Source: Armatimonadota bacterium (GTDB lineage Bacteria > Armatimonadota > Fimbriimonadia > Fimbriimonadales > Fimbriimonadaceae). Taken from it: a stretch of 64,000 nt of DNA. Position 1 is the first letter of the stretch, and each line of letters starts with the position of its first letter. The translations under genes and the position numbers were made by a program. A model generated the notes under the pieces. That model did not search any database. It saw nothing but the letters and a program-made list of their open reading frames with translations, and was not told the origin of the DNA. The DNA lies in NCBI GenBank assembly GCA_031400935.1, contig JANNQV010000015.1:1-64000 (forward strand), written 5' to 3'. This document shows positions 59,167-64,000 of this stretch, in pieces.

Positions 59167-59877
59167 CTAAGCGGTCTGTCTTTTGACTCTGCGTCGAACT
59201 GCTGTTGCCAATCCAAGCCCCAAAATTGCCATGGTCGCAGGCTCAGGAACTGCTGAGAGTTGCCCCTCGACCCTAAGCGCCATCCATTCTTCCATTGGCC
59301 CCTCGTTTCCGCCCATTGTGCTCGCCGAGCCGACGAGGTACGAAACCTCATTCCAACCTGCGACAAATCCGCTTGTAATGTTGAACTCTTTGGTCGCCTG
59401 CCAGCTATAGCCTTGAATGGGTTCGTAGTAAGGCAGCCCTGTAATCAAAATATCGTTCAAGTACATTTCTGAAGCGTTGTCGCTCGAGAATTTTCCAGAA
59501 AGGCGATAGTTTAGACCGCCACTTGGATTTGTTTCGTTTTCAGTGTCACTTGGATCAAGCCAAAATCGTTGAGTGAACTTGAAAATGTCGTCGCTGTTGC
59601 AATATCCGTCGGTAGTAAAGGAAATCCACTTGGAAATCGTGTAGCCAACATGCTCGTAAGCTCCTACGACAGGAAAAACGCCGTCGTTCATCACGTAGCC
59701 ATTGCCGGGAGAAATAAATGATGTGGAGCCTTGAATCTTTTCGACCGTCCAATGCGGGTCCACTTGGCCACTTGAAAGTCCTTTTCCCGTACTCCAGAAA
59801 ATTGGCGTTGCCGATGCCATAGCCGCGAAAGCAACCGCCGAAAGCCCAAAGGCTCCTTTGCAAATTGTGCGATTCAT
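59167..59877 (-). CDS. PEP-CTERM sorting domain protein
   Basis: Signal peptide from ATG 59877; C-terminal VPEPATMAILGLGLATAVRRR. Confidence 0.92.
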   Translation of the reverse strand: MNRTICKGAFGLSAVAFAAMASATPIFWSTGKGLSSGQVDPHWTVEKIQGSTSFISPGNGYVMNDGVFPVVGAYEHVGYTISKWISFTTDGYCNSDDIFKFTQRFWLDPSDTENETNPSGGLNYRLSGKFSSDNASEMYLNDILITGLPYYEPIQGYSWQATKEFNITSGFVAGWNEVSYLVGSASTMGGNEGPMEEWMALRVEGQLSAVPEPATMAILGLGLATAVRRRVKRQTA

Positions 59878-60019
59878 GCTTACATCTAATCGCGTGTTTG
59901 AGTTCAAATCCAAGAAAAGCGGCAAAACCTCGCACTTTCGCTATTGCAAACCTCGGCACTCTCTCAGGTAGCCGGTAAGGTTGCTTTTGGCATCTTTGCC
60001 TGGACATAAATCACGCTAA

Positions 60020-60041
60020 TATGTTATGATTGGGTAACATA
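60020..60041. promoter_or_regulatory. Palindromic operator overlapping the -10 box of the ArsR-SRPBCC operon
   Basis: TATGTTA-N8-TAACATA; GTG start 6 nt after TAACAT. Confidence 0.6.
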
Positions 60042-60046
60042 AAACA

Positions 60047-60367
60047 GTGTCAGAAAAAATCTGGAAGGCACTCTCGGATTCGAGCAGAAGGCAGATATTG
60101 ACCATGCTTGCCAATGGCCCGAAAACGACTGGTGAGCTTTGCGATCAGATGAACAATCTAGATCGGTGTACCGTGATGATGCATCTAGGTTTGCTAGTGC
60201 ATGCCAATCTCGTGATTGTCCAAAGAGAAGGTCGCACCAGGTGGAACTACCTAAATGCAGTTCCGCTAGTGGGAATTCTGGAGGGATGGACAAATCCACG
60301 AGCCACCAAGCTTTCTAAAAAGCTGATCGAATTCAAAGGCACAATCGAATCAAAGGAGAATGAATGA
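60047..60367 (+). CDS. ArsR family transcriptional regulator
   Basis: WKALSDSSRRQIL, TTGELC, HLGLL and REGRTRWN. Confidence 0.88.
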   Translation: MSEKIWKALSDSSRRQILTMLANGPKTTGELCDQMNNLDRCTVMMHLGLLVHANLVIVQREGRTRWNYLNAVPLVGILEGWTNPRATKLSKKLIEFKGTIESKENE

Positions 60368-60819
60368 ACCAACAATCTACAGCCCAAGTCAAGCGACTCG
60401 TCGTCGAAATCGAATTATTGGCCTCAGTTCCCAAAGTATGGGAAGCACTTTTAAATGAAGCAAGTTTATGGTGGACAGAGGAATTTCTTGGAATTCCAGG
60501 TTCAAAGTGCATCAAACTTGAGCCTTGGGCAGGCGGAAGGCTTTATGAAGAATCCGAAAACGGTTCAATCCTGTGGGCAAATATCCTGTCCATCGTTCCT
60601 CAAAAAGGCATTGACTTTCTCGGATGGATGTCTCCAGCCTATGGGGGCCCGTGCTTTACGATGATCTGCATCACTTTGGCTGCAACCGAAAATGGAACAA
60701 AGTTCACCTTGAATGATTCTCTGGTTGGGGATGTTTCGGAAGGAACTGAGGCGAACTTGGACGAAGGTTGGAAAATGCTGTTTGGAACGATGTTCAAGAA
60801 TTATGTTGAAGGGAAGTAG
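60364..60819 (+). CDS. SRPBCC/AHSA1 domain protein
   Basis: VWEAL..WW, GGRLYE and EGW; coupled to ArsR. Confidence 0.8.
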   Translation: MNQQSTAQVKRLVVEIELLASVPKVWEALLNEASLWWTEEFLGIPGSKCIKLEPWAGGRLYEESENGSILWANILSIVPQKGIDFLGWMSPAYGGPCFTMICITLAATENGTKFTLNDSLVGDVSEGTEANLDEGWKMLFGTMFKNYVEGK

Positions 60820-61029
60820 CTGAAATGAGGTTCCGGAAGTCCCTTTCTCCCTGTCCCATTGCTTGAAATCATTTCGAACAGGAAGAAAGTCGAAGATCCC
60901 GCCGAAGGGAAATGCAATCGGGAGGATTTAGGGATAGAGGATCGCTATCTCTAATTTGCCAATCCAGGAATTCTCATAGATAGTGTCCATAAGTTCCTAT
61001 TCAAGTTGCAGAACTGAATTCCAGAAAAC

Positions 61030-61078
61030 CCTCACCCCCTGCCCCCTCTCCCTCTCGTTCCTCCAGGGAGAGGGGGGT
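61030..61078. repeat. REP-like palindrome CCTCACCCCCTGCCCCCTCTCCC...GGGAGAGGGGG
   Basis: Inverted repeat upstream of hutH. Confidence 0.65.
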
Positions 61079-61099
61079 CTACGCGGTATCCTCTAGACG

Positions 61100-62605
61100 A
61101 TGCTTTGGCTCAATGGCGCACCGTTATCATTGGAAGAGATCGTAAGGGTTTCAGAAGGCAAAGTGGAAGTCAAGCTTTCTGATTCAGCGCGAGAAAGAAT
61201 GGCGGATTCTCGGCGAGTTGTCGAGAATATTGTCGCGGCAGGCGAAACAGTGTATGGGATCAACACTGGATTCGGCAAGCTCAGCGACGTTACTGTACCC
61301 CCCGACCGGCTAAATCAGCTTCAGCTAAACCTAGTTCGAAGTCATGCCTGCGGTGTTGGAAAGCCCATGAGTCCAGAAGAGACCCGGGTGCTCATGCTGC
61401 TTCGCGCGAACGTTTTGGCAGCCGGATTTTCTGGTGCCCGGTCAGTAGTCGCTGACCAAATCCTTGCGTTGCTCAATGCTGATGTATTGCCGCAAATACC
61501 AAGCCGAGGATCGGTAGGAGCCAGCGGTGATCTCGCTCCATTGGCGCACCTTGCTCTCGGACTCATCGGCGAGGGCGAATCGCTGGTGAACAGCGAATGG
61601 AAATCGTCAAAACAGGCCCTGATAGATGCTGGAATCGAGCCGCTTGAATTGCTTGCCAAAGAAGGATTGGCTCTTATTAACGGGACTCAGGCTATGGGAG
61701 CCGTCGGCCTCCTTGCCGTTGCTAGAGCCAAGACCGCATTGCAATCGGCTACATTGGCGGGTGCAATTAGTCTCGAAGCGCTTTTAGGAACTCCGGCTGC
61801 TTTCGATGCCCGGATTTCCCAGGCTCGCCGCCACGAGGGCCAGATTCGAATAGCCGCAATGCTTTCCGTATTGCTTCAGGGAAGCGAGATTCGAGAATCC
61901 CATCGAAAGGGCGATCCAAGAGTTCAGGACGCGTATTGCCTCAGGTGTATGCCTCAAGTTCACGGTGCTGTGTGGACCGTACTTAATCACGTGGCAGATA
62001 TCTTGACCGCAGAAACCGGGGCAGCCACAGATAACCCGCTAGTGTTCGCCGAATCGGGCGATGTCATTTCGGGCGGCAATTTTCATGGCGCACCACTTGC
62101 TTACGCTCTTGACTATGCAGCCATCGCGCTTACAGACCTGGCAAGCATTTGCGAAAGGCGGGTAGACCGCCTCGTCAATCCTGACTTGAACGAAGGCCTG
62201 CCATCTTTTCTCACGGCTCATTCCGGAGAATCAAGCGGATTCATGATCGCTCACGTTACGGCGGCGGCATTGCTAAGCGAGTGCAAAGTGCTTGCTCATC
62301 CCGCTTCGGTTGATAGTGTGCCTACCAGCGGTGGAAAGGAGGACCATGTATCAATGGGAATGACGTCTGCCAACAAGCTGCTCCAAGTCGTAACAAACTT
62401 GGAGCGAATCGTCGCCATCGAGTTAGTTGCGGCCGTTCAAGCGGTTGAATTCCGCCGCCCTTTGAAAAGTAGCACTGGAATTGAGAAAGCCATTGCCGTT
62501 GTTCGAAGCTTAGTTCCAAAACTCGAAGAGGACCGTTCAATGTCTTCTGAAATCCAACTGGTTGCAAACTCTGTTCGCAATGGAGAATTTCTCCTTTCAG
62601 TCTAA
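61100..62605 (+). CDS. hutH: Histidine ammonia-lyase
   Basis: YGINTGFG, RSHACG, GASGDL (MIO), QDAYCLRC, GGNFH and EDHVSMG. Confidence 0.96.
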   Translation: MLWLNGAPLSLEEIVRVSEGKVEVKLSDSARERMADSRRVVENIVAAGETVYGINTGFGKLSDVTVPPDRLNQLQLNLVRSHACGVGKPMSPEETRVLMLLRANVLAAGFSGARSVVADQILALLNADVLPQIPSRGSVGASGDLAPLAHLALGLIGEGESLVNSEWKSSKQALIDAGIEPLELLAKEGLALINGTQAMGAVGLLAVARAKTALQSATLAGAISLEALLGTPAAFDARISQARRHEGQIRIAAMLSVLLQGSEIRESHRKGDPRVQDAYCLRCMPQVHGAVWTVLNHVADILTAETGAATDNPLVFAESGDVISGGNFHGAPLAYALDYAAIALTDLASICERRVDRLVNPDLNEGLPSFLTAHSGESSGFMIAHVTAAALLSECKVLAHPASVDSVPTSGGKEDHVSMGMTSANKLLQVVTNLERIVAIELVAAVQAVEFRRPLKSSTGIEKAIAVVRSLVPKLEEDRSMSSEIQLVANSVRNGEFLLSV

Positions 62606-62621
62606 ACCTTAGTAGGTTCTC

Positions 62622-63194
62622 ATGATCAAACTTGGAATCTTGATCGGACCAAAAGGCAGAGGGTCAAATATGCTGGCGATTGCAAATGCTTGTCAGTCTA
62701 AGAGAATTGAAGCCTCGATTAAAGTTGTTGTTTCGCCGGTGTCCGAGTCCGATGCTGTGGCCAAGGCAACCGAAATGGGCCTGAGGATCAAGTTTGTGTC
62801 ACCAACAAGTGCGAATTATGCGATTGGACTCTTGGCAAGTCTGGAAGGATGCGATCTTGTTTGTCTCGCAGGATTTATGAGACTTCTGCCAGCCGAGGTT
62901 CTCAGCGCATTTCCAAACCGAATTCTGAACATTCACCCAGCACTTCTTCCCAAATTCGGCGGAAAAGGAATGTACGGGAATCACGTCCACGAGGCAGTTA
63001 TTGCGGCTGGCGAAACTGAGTCCGGTTGCACCGTTCATTTCGTCTCTGACAGATATGACGAAGGCGAAGTAATTTTGCAAAGGCGCTGCGCGGTCTTGCC
63101 GAGCGACACGATCGAAACCCTTGCAGCAAGAGTGCTAACTGAAGAGCATTTGGCTTATCCTGAGGCGATTCGAAAGGTGATTGAAAATCTGTGA
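62622..63194 (+). CDS. purN: Phosphoribosylglycinamide formyltransferase
   Basis: GRGSN, LAGFMR, NIHPALLP and GCTVHFV...D.G. Confidence 0.95.
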   Translation: MIKLGILIGPKGRGSNMLAIANACQSKRIEASIKVVVSPVSESDAVAKATEMGLRIKFVSPTSANYAIGLLASLEGCDLVCLAGFMRLLPAEVLSAFPNRILNIHPALLPKFGGKGMYGNHVHEAVIAAGETESGCTVHFVSDRYDEGEVILQRRCAVLPSDTIETLAARVLTEEHLAYPEAIRKVIENL

Positions 63195-63811
63195 GCATTA
63201 ATCTTGAATTCCAAAAACCGTGGGTAACTAGGCTCCTATTGCCAATTTGCCGAGTGTTTGGATTTCTGCTTTTTCTCATCCTTGGACCGATACGGGCAAC
63301 TGGAAAATACAGAGTTCCAAAATCCGGCGGACTACTGATTCTTGCCAACCACCGTGCCGACATTGATCCTATAGTCATGCAGTTTGTTTGCCCGCGCGAA
63401 ATCTACTTTATGGCAAAGAGCGAACTGTTTGATATGAAGATTCTCGGTGAAGGAATTCGGTGGTTTTGCGCTTTTCCTGTCAAGAGAGGTGAGCCTGACC
63501 GCGATGCAATCAAGAAAGCTGTTGCATATCTTCAGGCTGGAAAGGTCGTTTGCGTATTCCCCGAAGGCCAGCTGAGCGAGACGGGCGAGCTTCAGGAATT
63601 AAAAGCAGGTGTTGCCCTGATCGCTCGAATGGCAGATTGTCCCGTGCTTTGTTGTAGATTGCAAAATACGGATTTGGTCATGCCGTATGGAGCGGTCATT
63701 CCTAGACCGTCACTTCATTTCGTTCGCGCTGGTTGGGGAGAGTGTCGCAAGTTCGACAAGCACGTTAAGGTAGAAGAATTTCTGGCATGGGTCACAGCGG
63801 AGTTGAGCTGA
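63191..63811 (+). CDS. 1-acyl-sn-glycerol-3-phosphate acyltransferase (PlsC family)
   Basis: NHRADID, FMAKSELF and FPEG. Confidence 0.9.
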   Translation: MSINLEFQKPWVTRLLLPICRVFGFLLFLILGPIRATGKYRVPKSGGLLILANHRADIDPIVMQFVCPREIYFMAKSELFDMKILGEGIRWFCAFPVKRGEPDRDAIKKAVAYLQAGKVVCVFPEGQLSETGELQELKAGVALIARMADCPVLCCRLQNTDLVMPYGAVIPRPSLHFVRAGWGECRKFDKHVKVEEFLAWVTAELS

Positions 63812-63813
63812 CT

Positions 63814-64000
63814 TCAGCCCCGAAACTTGAACGGCTTTCCTAAAGCATCGTTGAAAATCTTGGTTTGTGCTTCGTCCAGAATTTTCAGTAAGTTCTGACC
63901 GTCTTCTATCCTCTTTTTTGCCATATTCTTCATAGTACTGTTCGAAACTTTACCACTAGTCATGGACTCCATCATGGCTTCCTGGGCAGCCTTTGTGCCT
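63814..64000 (-). CDS. C-terminal part of a hypothetical helical (Spy/CpxP-like) protein, 5' end outside window
   Basis: Manual translation ends ...LLKILDEAQTKIFNDALGKPFKFRG*. Confidence 0.55.
   Translation of the reverse strand, partial: GTKAAQEAMMESMTSGKVSNSTMKNMAKKRIEDGQNLLKILDEAQTKIFNDALGKPFKFRG

Noticed and set aside
8715..62605. Separation of hutU and hutH as a novel pathway arrangement
   Set aside because: Scattered hut genes are common; both genes look canonical.

Overview
A 64 kb, roughly 50% GC bacterial chromosome segment. Gene content suggests a diderm Terrabacteria lineage, most likely Armatimonadota/Fimbriimonadaceae (inference): a lipid A/Omp85 cluster, a DivIVA-like gene, a PEP-CTERM protein, an H-X9-DG-type domain and many secreted orphans. 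Most genes are housekeeping (tRNA-Arg, yitJ-like, hutU, hutH, typA, comM/yifB, efp, priA, lipA, tamB-bamA-skp-lpxD-lpxC, gatB, uvrC, purN), alongside acr3/arsC/aquaporin and ECF sigma/anti-sigma genes. No integrase, transposase, prophage or CRISPR array was seen. The strongest signals missed by the ORF track are: (1) two exported redoxins with in-frame UGA codons at Cys-type positions, each followed by a hairpin (probable selenoproteins, W-U-G-P-C and C-terminal G-U-A-F); (2) an unannotated 27-aa, 8-Cys metallothionein-like peptide coupled to a Cys-rich ArsR with a perfect operator palindrome; (3) an RtcA homologue lacking the catalytic His, in an operon with efp; (4) a possibly phase-variable secreted gene with a CCACG repeat; (5) pervasive leaderless gene architecture; (6) several REP-like and heptamer repeat families. 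All calls come from motif recognition by eye; no database searches were run.
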